Below, in pieces: positions 1 through 10,604 of a stretch of 64,000 nucleotides of DNA (position 1 is the first letter of the stretch; each line of letters starts with the position of its first letter). The notes below the pieces were generated by a model. The model did no database searches and was not told the DNA's origin. It worked only from the letters and a program-made list of their open reading frames with translations. The stretch comes from Mayamaea pseudoterrestris (lineage: Eukaryota): positions 434,001 to 498,000 of the forward strand of contig BROI01000023.1 of the NCBI GenBank assembly GCA_027923505.1, in the 5' to 3' direction. Made by a program: the position numbers and the translations under genes.

Positions 1-5
1 AGACG

Positions 6-3000
6 ATGGACGGACGCGAAGTCTACCAACGATTGCGAACGCGATACGAAGAAGGCGCTACTGCTCACATCGAGAAGGAACGCGCGCGAACGGAACTGCA
101 GGGAATGCGGCTGACCGAGAAGTGGTCACGGCCGACGATCGAATTTCTCGCACTGTTCTACAAGAAAGTCATCTGGCTGCTCGAAATGGACGCAGAAGCT
201 CTGACAGGTTTACAACGATACGACATGCTACGCGACGCTTTCTCCGAGCACACTGGATTCAGCGCCTCGCTAGCAGGTTTTGACGGAATGATTGCCATCA
301 AGAAACACATGGGGCAACACGACTCGGAAGACAATTTCGCGCAGTTGTACGCGCACTTAGAAGAGTGCTGCATCAAGTATGACAAGAAACACCCATCGAC
401 GACGAAGACTAAGCGCACAATCAATCAAGCGCAGTCTAGTGGAACGAAAGGAGGCGGCGGCGGCAATGGCGGCGCGACTCCAAGCGGCTTATCGGCGGAA
501 CGATTTGCAGCGATCATGAAGAAACCTCACGCGAGCGTGAAGGATGAAGTCTGGTTGGAGATGAAGTTTGATCAGCGAAAGCAGTTGAAGGACAAGCGTG
601 CGACGGCGCCCAAGACACCCGAAAACGGATGGCGACCGCGCAACCAACGAGGCACGGCTACGACGCAGACGCAAGTCAACGCGGCGCATCAAGAGCGTCA
701 CGCGACGGAATCTGTAGCGAACGATCACGCAAGCGTTCCTGGCACGATTAATATTCAGCCCGGCAATAGTGGAATGTCAGTCCAAACGGCTGCACGATCG
801 GTTCTGCAAGCGAACAATGCGAGTACTACAACTCAGCAAGTGACAGGATCGTTGACGACTGATAACACCGGACGAGGTACATTCAGCTTCAACATGCATC
901 GTCGTATGCGCGTCAATCGCGCACACTACGAGCGGATCAACGAAGGCGCGCTCATCGACAGCGGCGCGAACGGAGGCTTATGCGGAGGAGACATGCTCGT
1001 CGTTTCGGAAACGAACGCCGAGGTGGATGTGACTGGTATTGACGATCATATTGTCCCAGCTCTCAAGATTGGCACTGCAGCTGGACTGGCAAAGACCCTT
1101 AGTGGCGAAACCATTCTGCTTCTGTGTCACCAGTATGCTTTAAAGCGAGACGGACCGACGATTCATTGCCCGAATCAATTGCGCGCAATGGGACATCGCG
1201 TCGACGATATTCCGACCATGTTTGGCGGAACGCAACGAATTACGACGAACATTGGAGGCTACGTTTTGCCATTGGCGATTCGCGATGGCCTGGTGTACTT
1301 GGACGTGACGAAACCCACGTTCGATGATTTGGATAAGTATCCGACTGTCATCATGACGTCGGACGTGCCGTGGGACCCGACTGTTTACGATGTCGAGCAC
1401 GCGCACGACGATTTCGACGAACGAGATCACGATTATGGATCTTTCGACGAACGATTCGATGATGACGGTATCACGCACCGCAATCGTCACACGCCGACAC
1501 GCACTGGCGACGAACTTGACGTACTGATCAATCGGTGCGTGCGACACGCTCAGTTTTCACGCGTTAATTTGCGGAAGCTAAGAAGCAAGGAACCGGACTA
1601 TAATGCTCTTCGGCCGTACCTCGGATGGGTCCCGACTGAGCGAGTTCAACAGACTTTACGTCACACGGAAGCATGGTATCATCTCAGCGAACACCCGCGA
1701 TTACCATTTCGACACCTCACGAAATCACGATTTCCGGCCGCGAACGTTCAGCGGTTGCGCGAACTATTCGCCACGGACACGATACACTCTGACACGCCAG
1801 CTTTGGATGATGGAATTCTAGGGCATGGGGGAGCTACTAAGATGCAGCTCTTTGTTGGACGAGAAAGTTTTTACACGCGCGGCTACCCGATGAAGTCGGA
1901 GAGCGAAATGTCAAACGCGTTAGAGGATTTTATCCGCGAAGTGGGCGCTCCTAACGGACTGCTCAGCGACAATGCCAAGTCGGAGACTGGCAAGGCTGTG
2001 AGGGATCTCTGTCGGATGTACAATATTCCTCAAGTGACCACAGAACCGGGTCACCCAGAACAAAATCCATGCGAACGTCACACGTCGCACATTAAGCCAA
2101 TGATGGAGAACCTCCAACGAGATTCGGGTTCGCCAGGCCATTGCTGGGTTTTGCTGATTAAATTCGTAATCATGATACTGAACGTCCTCGCGACGAAATC
2201 GCTGGGATGGCGCACGCCAACGGAAGTTGCGTTCGGAAATTTGCCGGATATTTCGCCTTTGTTACATTTCAAGTGGTGGGAACCGGTCACGTTTGAGGCG
2301 CAGGGGAGTTTTCCCTCGGCGGTACGATCTGGCAACGGCCGATTCGTGGGCATCGCAGAGAATAGCGGTCCGCACATGACTTTTCTCGTTCTGACGGACG
2401 ACACGCTTCAGGCGATTCCGCGCTCCAACGTGGTCTCGCGCAGCTACTTGTTACCACGAGAGTTGCCTTCCTTCCCTGAGTCTGGAGGGGAGATTTCTGA
2501 AGAAGCTACACGCGCAAGCGAGCGAAATTTTGAAACTCCAGATCTCGCGACAGGACGCTACCATAGCATGAATGCGACAGAAAGTAGTCACGACAACTAC
2601 GAAGGAAACGACGACGAAACAATTCCGATGGCGAACCACGCCAACGTACCAGCGAAGTTCTTCAGAAGGGCTGAGCAAGAATCAGGGAATAAATGCCCTC
2701 TGTTCTCTCCAAGCGAACTCATCGGACGCACGTTCGTAAGGGAACACGAAAACGGTCAGAAAATGCGAGCGACTGTATGCGAATATATCGAAGTACGCGA
2801 TAACGAGCTACTCGAAACGACGAAAGGTTTCCTGATCCAGATGGGAGAGGAGCCAGCGAAAGACTTAATAAGTTACAACGAACTGTCGGATTTAATCGAA
2901 CGACAGATGGACGAAGATATACGAAACGATCCGGCGACTCAGTGGGTATTCACGAAGGTAATCGGACACGAGCTTAATTTGAAACCGAACGATCCGACAT

Positions 3001-4913
3001 ACAAAGGAAGTTCAAGTAACGTTCTCGTCGAATGGACTGACGGAACGACGACGTGGGAGCCTCTCGCGATCATGAAGAAGGACGATCCGATAACGATCGC
3101 AGAGTATGGACTCAAGCACGGCTTACTCGACAAGCCAGGATGGAAGCAGCTGGAACATTACACTCGGAAGCGAAAGAAGTTTCGACAGATGGTGACAGCA
3201 GCGAAACGAAAATCGAAAGCAAACGGCGTACGCTACAAATTCGGCGTAAGGTTGCCGCGCAATTATAAAGATGCGAAAGCTCTCGACGAGATCAACGGCA
3301 ACACGCTGTGGACGGATGCGATTCGAACGGAATTAAATCAGATAAATGATTACGACACGTTCGCAGATCAAGGAGTCGGTAAGGTTATGCCGGCGCCGTG
3401 GAAACGAATAAACGTGCACATGATATTCGATGTCAAGCACGATTTGCGACGGAAAGCACGACTCGTTGCAGGAGGACATATGACAGAGCCGCCGAAGGAT
3501 TCAGTTTACTCGGGCGTTGTGTCATTGCGAAGTCTACGAATGGTAGCGATGTTAGCGGAACTCAACGGTCTGGAACTGTGGGCAGCTGACGTCGGCAACG
3601 CATACTTGGAAGCGAAAACGAAAGAGAAGGTTTATATCGTGGCAGGTCCGGAGTTCGGGGAGCTCGAGGGTCACACGCTCACGATCGTGAAGGCACTATA
3701 CGGTCTTCGCACGTCAGGCGCACGCTGGCACGAACACTTTGCAGACACGCTCCGCGACATTGGCTTCACGCCGTGTATCGCAGAACCGGACGTGTGGATG
3801 CGCGATAAAGGCACGCACTACGAATACGTTTGTGTGTATGTCGACGATTTAGCGATAGCGATGAAGAATCCGAAGGAACTAACGGATCTTTTAATTGAGA
3901 ACTACAACTACAAGTTGAAGGGCGTCGGTCCATTGGCATATCATTTGGGCGCAGACGTTTGGCGAGACGACGACGGCGTACTCTGCTTCGGAGCGAAGAA
4001 GTACGTCACAAGACTATTAGCGAACTACAAAGAAATGTTCGGCGAGGAACCGCGACCGCAGACAAGTCCACTACGCGACGGCGATCATCCGGAACTCGAC
4101 GAAACGAAAGAACTTGACGACGACGGAATTGCGAAGTATCAATCGATAATTGGTGCGTTGCAATGGGCAGTAAGTTTATGTCGATTCGACATTCACTGTG
4201 CTGTCATGACTATGGGGAGATTCCGAGCTGCGCCACGAGCGGGGCACTTGGAACGGTTGAAGCATATTTGCGGATACTTACGAAGATACCCGGATGGAGC
4301 GATTCGATTCAACGTTTCGATTCCAACGGACGAGCGATACGCGACAGTTGACAAGATGGATTGGGATTACAGTGTGTACGGCAAGATCTGCGAAGAGCTT
4401 CCGTGGAACATGCCCACGCCGCGCGGCAAGGCGGTGCGAATGTCAACGTTCGAAGATGCGAACCTGTACCACGATTACACGACGGGACGGGCAGCGATGG
4501 GCATGCTACACATGTTGAATGGAACAGTCGTCGATTGGTTTTCGAAACGCCAAGCGACGGTCGAGACGGCGACGTACGGCTCGGAGTTTGTAGCAGCGAG
4601 AGTGAGCACGGAGCAGATCATGGATCTTCGCTTCACGCTACGCATGTTGGGAGTTCCGCTCGACGGACCTTCATGGATGTTTGGAGACAACAAGTCGGTA
4701 ACGCAAAGCAGCAACCTACCGCACTCTAGTCTGACGAAGCGACACAATGCACTGGCATTTCACCGTGTACGCGAAGCGATTGCGGCGGGAATTATTAATT
4801 TCAACCACATCATGGGAACGACAAACCCGGCGGATGTACTTACCAAGTTTCTTCCACGGGCTACGGCAAGCAAGCACTTAAAGAACCTGCTCTTCAAGGA
4901 ATCGAACTATTAG
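6..4913 (+). CDS. Gag-Pol polyprotein (5' truncated by window edge, otherwise uninterrupted)
   Basis: Protease LIDSGANG; integrase ATDT..SDNA..CERH; RT ADVGNAYLEA, KALYGLRTSG, YVDD; RNase H FEDA..TYGSEF..GDN..NPADVLTK. Confidence 0.95.
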   Translation: MDGREVYQRLRTRYEEGATAHIEKERARTELQGMRLTEKWSRPTIEFLALFYKKVIWLLEMDAEALTGLQRYDMLRDAFSEHTGFSASLAGFDGMIAIKKHMGQHDSEDNFAQLYAHLEECCIKYDKKHPSTTKTKRTINQAQSSGTKGGGGGNGGATPSGLSAERFAAIMKKPHASVKDEVWLEMKFDQRKQLKDKRATAPKTPENGWRPRNQRGTATTQTQVNAAHQERHATESVANDHASVPGTINIQPGNSGMSVQTAARSVLQANNASTTTQQVTGSLTTDNTGRGTFSFNMHRRMRVNRAHYERINEGALIDSGANGGLCGGDMLVVSETNAEVDVTGIDDHIVPALKIGTAAGLAKTLSGETILLLCHQYALKRDGPTIHCPNQLRAMGHRVDDIPTMFGGTQRITTNIGGYVLPLAIRDGLVYLDVTKPTFDDLDKYPTVIMTSDVPWDPTVYDVEHAHDDFDERDHDYGSFDERFDDDGITHRNRHTPTRTGDELDVLINRCVRHAQFSRVNLRKLRSKEPDYNALRPYLGWVPTERVQQTLRHTEAWYHLSEHPRLPFRHLTKSRFPAANVQRLRELFATDTIHSDTPALDDGILGHGGATKMQLFVGRESFYTRGYPMKSESEMSNALEDFIREVGAPNGLLSDNAKSETGKAVRDLCRMYNIPQVTTEPGHPEQNPCERHTSHIKPMMENLQRDSGSPGHCWVLLIKFVIMILNVLATKSLGWRTPTEVAFGNLPDISPLLHFKWWEPVTFEAQGSFPSAVRSGNGRFVGIAENSGPHMTFLVLTDDTLQAIPRSNVVSRSYLLPRELPSFPESGGEISEEATRASERNFETPDLATGRYHSMNATESSHDNYEGNDDETIPMANHANVPAKFFRRAEQESGNKCPLFSPSELIGRTFVREHENGQKMRATVCEYIEVRDNELLETTKGFLIQMGEEPAKDLISYNELSDLIERQMDEDIRNDPATQWVFTKVIGHELNLKPNDPTYKGSSSNVLVEWTDGTTTWEPLAIMKKDDPITIAEYGLKHGLLDKPGWKQLEHYTRKRKKFRQMVTAAKRKSKANGVRYKFGVRLPRNYKDAKALDEINGNTLWTDAIRTELNQINDYDTFADQGVGKVMPAPWKRINVHMIFDVKHDLRRKARLVAGGHMTEPPKDSVYSGVVSLRSLRMVAMLAELNGLELWAADVGNAYLEAKTKEKVYIVAGPEFGELEGHTLTIVKALYGLRTSGARWHEHFADTLRDIGFTPCIAEPDVWMRDKGTHYEYVCVYVDDLAIAMKNPKELTDLLIENYNYKLKGVGPLAYHLGADVWRDDDGVLCFGAKKYVTRLLANYKEMFGEEPRPQTSPLRDGDHPELDETKELDDDGIAKYQSIIGALQWAVSLCRFDIHCAVMTMGRFRAAPRAGHLERLKHICGYLRRYPDGAIRFNVSIPTDERYATVDKMDWDYSVYGKICEELPWNMPTPRGKAVRMSTFEDANLYHDYTTGRAAMGMLHMLNGTVVDWFSKRQATVETATYGSEFVAARVSTEQIMDLRFTLRMLGVPLDGPSWMFGDNKSVTQSSNLPHSSLTKRHNALAFHRVREAIAAGIINFNHIMGTTNPADVLTKFLPRATASKHLKNLLFKESNY

Positions 4914-4931
4914 GTATGACTTGAGGGGAGT

Positions 4932-5243
4932 TGCAGGATGCGAACGAAAACAGCGAAAATCGGGCAAGTCACACCGAATGTCCGATAGGGTGACACAGCG
5001 GCACTCGCGGCTCACCACAGCCTCACGATCGCGTGATGCGTGGCAGCGACGGCTTCGAAGCGATTCAACGAGCATATTGCTGAAACTAGTGCGATATAGA
5101 GTAGAAACAAGCAGACTTACTAAGCTTGAAGAGTTAAGAAAGCGATTTATTCGTCTCTCGTATTGTAGCAACTGCAAGCTTGGATTGGCCATCCAAGGAC
5201 AGCTACAAGCGAAAGGTGCAACGATTTGATTTAGAAGTTACAA
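4932..5243 (+). repeat. 3' LTR of family A copy 1 (312 bp)
   Basis: TGCAGGATG...GTTACAA. About 5 substitutions seen by eye versus the copy 2 LTRs. Confidence 0.93.
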
Positions 5244-5581
5244 AATGTACCGTACGGGCAAATCAGTGGTGAGCTCATGTAGCGTCCACACTCCAACGAC
5301 TTTACTTGAAGAAGCTCGTCAGGCGTGGCCATGAGGTAGGTAGTCATTTCATTCGTCAGGCCATCACCTTGCCCTTCTTTTACATGTAGCCAAACACTAG
5401 ATGAATGATCCGCAACGTAATTGCTGTGTTGACGACGATCTTGAAGCTGATGTTCACGGCTGCAATACCAAACCTCCTTGCATCGCGAGCAACGACGCAA
5501 TTTCTTGTGGAAAAATGGTTCCCTGGATTCACAACCAAAGGCATGGCAGGCCCGATTCAATGGTAGATTAGCGCGGTCCAT
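5244..5581 (-). pseudogene. MYND zinc-finger gene truncated at its 3' end by the retrotransposon
   Basis: CHAFGC..CSRC..YCSREHQ..H is a MYND-like signature. The ORF runs into the LTR and stops inside it. Confidence 0.65.
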
Positions 5582-6022
5582 GGTGTGTTCCAAGGCGATG
5601 ATTTACTAATGTTGCAGCGCCGCGAGAATGCAAGAAGTGCTTTCTATAATGAGCAGCTCTCCTAGAAATATACGTAAAAACGTTGCTTCGTTCTCATAGG
5701 GTCACATTCTGCCATATCCTGAAATTTACTTGAAAAACGCGACAATGGGGTAGCTGGATGTGCGTGAAGTAACAAAAATCGCAACGGTTATGATCGCGTG
5801 CGTCACAGACTCATTTTTTAATCGTGCGAGAAAACCGAACCTCCGCTTCGCGACGCGCAAGTGCATGATGCATGCATGCTTGACACAAGCGCGACGCTCG
5901 ACTTCAACTTGCCTCGTGATGCTTCCATGCGCGACGACGGCAAAATCTTTTGCCAGAGGTTGGTAGTGCTTGCTCGATGAAGCTGCGCTCCATGTAATAG
6001 TCTACTTTTACAGCCATTCAGT

Positions 6023-7114
6023 ATGATATCTACATACTCGCAGCATCAGCCATCTCCATCTGCTGCCGACAAGCACTTGAGCAACCGAGGAGGTCCCGAT
6101 TCCCCTGATCGAACCAATCTTTCAAGGTGCTCCTTCTCGCGCAACTGGTTGCTTCATGTCGCCACTGAAACAATGGAGGTGGCAAATCGAGGCTACTATG
6201 TCAACAACAAGGGTGATACAGTCAATGTGAGTCAAGCACTGGAATATGCCAAGCAAAACTCGATTCATTATCACTATCAAGATGAGTTTCATTTGCAGCC
6301 GGAATCAACGACTAGTTCGACGTTGGAAACATACGACACTCGAGTGTCTGTCGTCTACGGAACATCACTGCAAGTGGCTGCCAAGCTGCGCAACCTGCAG
6401 GGCGACATTGGCGTTTTAAACTCGGCGAGCGCACGCAACCCTGGCGAAAAGTTTTATCGGGGAACTGTCAGCCAAGAGGATTGCATCTGTCGAGCAAGCT
6501 TATTGCATCCGTGCCTGCTTCAATTCAAAGATTTGCCGGATCATTACGTCAGCATTAATTCAAACTTTCCGGAAGGAACGTCGTCGGCATGCGCCATTTA
6601 CGCACCAAAAGTTCCAGTCTATCGGGTCGACTCGGAGCGCTGTCCAGTCTTGGACGAGCCGCAGCTTTGCTCGTTTCTATCCATGCCGGCTCCTAACGCA
6701 TTTGAGGTTGCCACGCAACTCGTGGAGCAGGAGCAGCAGCAACAAAAGGAGAAGCAAGGTGCAACAAAACTGACAGACTCGCCTACAAGTGTCACGAATT
6801 GTTTCGTCGACGAGCAGTTCCAGCAGCTGATTGATCGCATATACGAGCGCCTCGTTCGGGTCCTTTGCATCTTTCACGAAAACAATTGCCGCCACTTGGT
6901 GCTGTGCGCCTTTGGTTGCGGCGTACATGGGAACGATCCAAGCATGGTGGCGGAAATCTTTTGCAGTTTACTAAATGGCCGTTTCAAAAGCAAGTTTGAG
7001 ACGGTGGTCTTTTCCATTCAACCGTCGAGGACGTACAACTTTGACGCCTTTGTTAAGGTGTTTTCGTCGGCACAAACAAGCATTCCGCAAGCATGGTCTA
7101 CAAGAATGGAGTAA
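6023..7114 (+). CDS. Microbial-type PARG macrodomain protein (TIGR02452/DUF2263-like)
   Basis: VLNSASARNPG..G..SQED.ICRAS, AIYAPKVPVYR and LVLCAFGCGVHGNDP motifs. Confidence 0.85.
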   Translation: MISTYSQHQPSPSAADKHLSNRGGPDSPDRTNLSRCSFSRNWLLHVATETMEVANRGYYVNNKGDTVNVSQALEYAKQNSIHYHYQDEFHLQPESTTSSTLETYDTRVSVVYGTSLQVAAKLRNLQGDIGVLNSASARNPGEKFYRGTVSQEDCICRASLLHPCLLQFKDLPDHYVSINSNFPEGTSSACAIYAPKVPVYRVDSERCPVLDEPQLCSFLSMPAPNAFEVATQLVEQEQQQQKEKQGATKLTDSPTSVTNCFVDEQFQQLIDRIYERLVRVLCIFHENNCRHLVLCAFGCGVHGNDPSMVAEIFCSLLNGRFKSKFETVVFSIQPSRTYNFDAFVKVFSSAQTSIPQAWSTRME

Positions 7115-7298
7115 CGCTTGTAAGGCTTGAATTTCTGCGCAACTGCATCACATTTTTTCAATATTAATATTAAAGCATGTTTCAATAGTAGTTATTTCAT
7201 TTTCTTTACGAAGAAGCTAATGGTCTGGAAGGTAGTCATGAGAAACTGTGGAGTGGTAGCTGACTGTCTTACCATCACTCATGCCGACGTACTCTCGA

Positions 7299-7449
7299 CC
7301 AGCCAGGCGCGCGCGCCAGTCTCACTTTTTCGTCCGGCACAAGATTTCGAAGGCGACGAATTTGGCGCGCCGCGTCCAGCCAGGCGCGCGCGCCAGTCTC
7401 ACTTTTTCGTCCGGCAGATTTCGAAGGCGACGAATTTGGCGCGCCGCGT
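7299..7449. repeat. Two-copy GC-rich tandem repeat (77 and 74 bp)
   Basis: CCAGCCAGGCGCGCGCGCCAGTCTCACTTTTTCGTCCGGCA...TTTGGCGCGCCGCGT occurs twice; the second copy lacks 3 nt. Confidence 0.92.
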
Positions 7450-7559
7450 TCGTTCGTGGCTCCGCCTCCTTCCAAAGCAACAGCAAGCATCCGTTTTGTT
7501 CTGTGGCTGCAGCAAACAAGCAAAGAATACTAAATTTGCATTGAATCTATCCATTCACA

Positions 7560-8735
7560 ATGATTATGCGAAGTGTACTGCTAGTTGCCGTCGTGGCGAC
7601 GACCTTCTTATCAACGTCCACTCTGGCAGCTTGTCCGCCAGGAAACTGCAAACCATACGGCCAGTGCATTTTAGACACTCGCTCTTGTGGAGACAATTGT
7701 CAGGAGCGATGGTATGTAAAGACAAAGCTATTTTGTTTGAAATGAGTGACCAAGCATCGATGTGGTCAATGGCCTTGGAGGAGAGGAAGCGGAAGCGAAG
7801 GGACGGGCGCGAGAATCGGAACGAGCTGTCACAGAAATTGAGGCATCGGTCTCGTTGGAGATTCGTTGCTTGATATATAATGATGATGCACGAAGTGTAG
7901 CTAGCTTTGGAAGCACTGATAAAGCTTTTACGTGTCTCACACTGCCGTCCCTTTCCTTTGTATCGCACCTCTGCACCTTCCGTTACCTCATCCCAACGAC
8001 ACTTTACCTTGCTCGCTACCAAATTTACTGCATCCGTCCCAATATGACTTTAACAGCGTCTGCAACGAAGGATTTGCCGGTCGGGATTGCTCTTTTCGCG
8101 TCGATATTTGCTACAATGACGTGACGGAAAACACCGGGCCCCGCGCCTGCTTCAACGGCGGCCAGTGCTTTAGCAGCAACAACAAGGATTGGAGCTGTGA
8201 CTGCAGCGCAGCCTTTGGGGATTCGGCCAACTACGAGGGAACGCAGTGCGAGTTCCCTGGTGAAGTGATAAGTTGTGAGAATGACAAGAAGAGTAGCGAC
8301 TATGCGTTTTGCGTCAATGGTGGCGTTTGTGGAAAGAACAAGGTGGATTCGGGCGAAATGTTTCGCGGATGCACTTGCCCCAAGTTGTTTGAAGGTCGGC
8401 ACTGCCAGTTTCCATTGGGCATGGCGCCGAAGCGCGAAACTATCTTGTATCCGACGACTCAGCCAAGCGGACTGGGACCGGGCGCGATTGCCATTGTCGT
8501 CTTGCTATCCTTGGCGGCAGCTGTTGGGTTGATCTTTTATGCCGTCATTGTCAAGCGCCGACGTCAAGTCAAGCAATGGGACAACAAGTCCAACAATAAC
8601 AATTTAAACAATTACACGGATTACGATGAAGGGGAATTGCAACTGGAGGAAGTTGACATGAATGACGACCAACCACCAGCCTCGCTCAGTCCGTCTCGTG
8701 GAGGAGCGGCCGTGCACGACAAGGAAATCATATAA
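7560..8735 (+). CDS. EGF-repeat single-pass membrane protein, paralogue 1 (exons 7560-7711 and 8057-8735)
   Basis: Signal peptide; GTATGT..TAACAG intron 7712-8056 whose removal completes an EGF module (QER-C-VCNEGFAGRDC); two more EGF modules; TM helix followed by KRRR. Confidence 0.88.
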
Positions 8736-9508
8736 ACGTTGCTCATGCATTGTTGATTCAGGCCACTTACGAGGTTTCGAGTGCACCAGAAACATGCTTT
8801 GCAGCCACAGGTTGCAACTTTGAGCGTTGTTATTAGAAGAAAATTTGCATACAAATTAGTTAAAGGTTACACGCAGTAAATAATTGCTCGTAGCCTCGTA
8901 CGACTTGATTCTATTTTCCCTCGTCACTGCGACGTGCAGCATATAGATGCAGCTAGCGAAAAGCATCACCTCGGCTACATTATGCACCTTATGATACCTT
9001 CTGCATATTATTTGCTACCGCTTGGAGATGCCAACCCGACTGAATCCTTCATGTGACTGCTGCCAAGTGACACGACTCCATGACTTGTTGGCCCGCTGCC
9101 TCCTTATCAAAAGCTGTTTAATCATACTGTCGCACTTATCGACCAGTGGCACGCATCCTAAGTGTAGCAACTCAGCATGAGTGAAACCAGATGGTTTTGG
9201 ACGCCGTCATCTCGCCAACAAGCTGCTGACAAGGTGCATGAGTCACTTTTGGCGTCACACGGCATTGGATTTGTCAGCTGTTTCACAGTAACACGACTGC
9301 CTATATGTGTTAGTTTCTCCGAAAACGGAAGGCGACGCGCCATTACATATGGACCATCGGATGAGTTGGTTCGTCCGGAAGGACATGGAAGGGACTTCGC
9401 GCGCGGACGGTGAAGCATCGCAAAACGACAACTTCGAATCATCGGACGGGAACCTGCCATTGTTTCGAGACGCATCCAAAGTAAATAGTAGCAGTCAAGC
9501 CTTTTATC

Positions 9509-10518
9509 ATGTCTTTGTTACGGATATTGCTGCTAATCGGCTTGTCGATCGACTTTGCGCGTGCCGCTTGTCCTCCTGGAGACTGCCAACCATATGGTGA
9601 TTGCGTCCTCGAAGATACACCAGAATGTCGAGAGAATGGAAGCTGCGAGGAGCAATGGTATGTGTGAAATCGTCTTGCTCGTTCATTGTTATGGTTCGTT
9701 CTTGCCTTTAAATTTTTGGAGCCAGTCGTTTGACGAGACGAGACGGCGAGACGCGACGATGCAGTAGTCGAGAGTATCGCGATCGCGAGACGCGTTTGCC
9801 TCACTTTAAGTGTTTCCCATGACTCACTCACCATACCCTTTTTCGTTTACGTAGCGTCTGCCGCGATGGATTTTCAGGAAGCGACTGCTCCTTCCTCATG
9901 GAACGCTGTCCGATTGACGACGGCACGAGCGAACCGGACAGCCACGCCGCTTGCTACAATGGCGGCTCCTGCTATCCTGAACCACACATTGACACGTATA
10001 GTTGGAGATGCGACTGCAGCGTTGCTGGCTTTGGTGATGCGGTGAGTCTGCAGGGACACAAGCAGTGCGAGTTTAAGGAGGAATCGTTTGTGAGCTGCGA
10101 GATTGACAAGGAAAAGAGCGACTACGCCTTTTGCGTCAATGGTGGGAGTTGTGGAAGAAACATGGTCACGTCTGGTGAACGCTTTCATGGTTGCACTTGT
10201 CCAACATTCTTTGAGGGACGGCATTGTCAGTTTCCGGCGGGGTCGGCCTTGGACCGAGACTTTTTAACGTCGTCGTCAGAAACGGAGAAACGAGGAGGCA
10301 TTGGAGCAGGTACAATCGTTGCCATTGTATTAGTTGTACTCGTCGGCATGGCTGGTTTGGTACAGTATGTTATTGTTGCCAGGCGTCGTCGAAATGAAGA
10401 TTCCGATAGCGGTCAAAAGTCAGTCGGCACCCATGTTAGTGACGATGGTCAGTTGCAACTGGAAGATATTGACATTGACAATGACCAGGTTCCTGCGGTG
10501 ACTCGAGAGATAATTTGA
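9509..10518 (+). CDS. EGF-repeat single-pass membrane protein, paralogue 2 (exons 9509-9657 and 9855-10518)
   Basis: MSLLRILLLIGLSIDFARA-ACPPGDC; intron 9658-9854 at the same codon position as in paralogue 1; shared KSDYAFCVNGG, CTCP..FEGRHCQFP and C-terminal EII. Confidence 0.88.
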
Positions 10519-10604
10519 ATACTCAAAATGATAAATAGATAAACATATTCTATAGCTTTTTAGAAGTTTTGCATTTGAATTTGCGAATAAAAACTGAGTA
10601 GTAT

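Larger units (their letters stand above)
1..5243 (+). mobile_element. Ty1/copia LTR retrotransposon, family A, copy 1 (CoDi-like); 5' part lies outside the window
   Basis: Gag-PR-IN-RT-RNaseH order in one ORF. PPT TTGAGGGGAG at 4921-4930 is followed by an LTR matching those at 40838 and 47071. Confidence 0.97.

Noticed and set aside
4878..5229. ~100-aa ORFs on both strands, also at 40.7-41.1 kb and 47.0-47.4 kb
   Set aside because: Contained in family A LTRs; no recognisable motif.
7127..7873. 248-aa ORF
   Set aside because: Non-ATG start; crosses a tandem repeat, the EGF exon 1 in another frame, and its intron.
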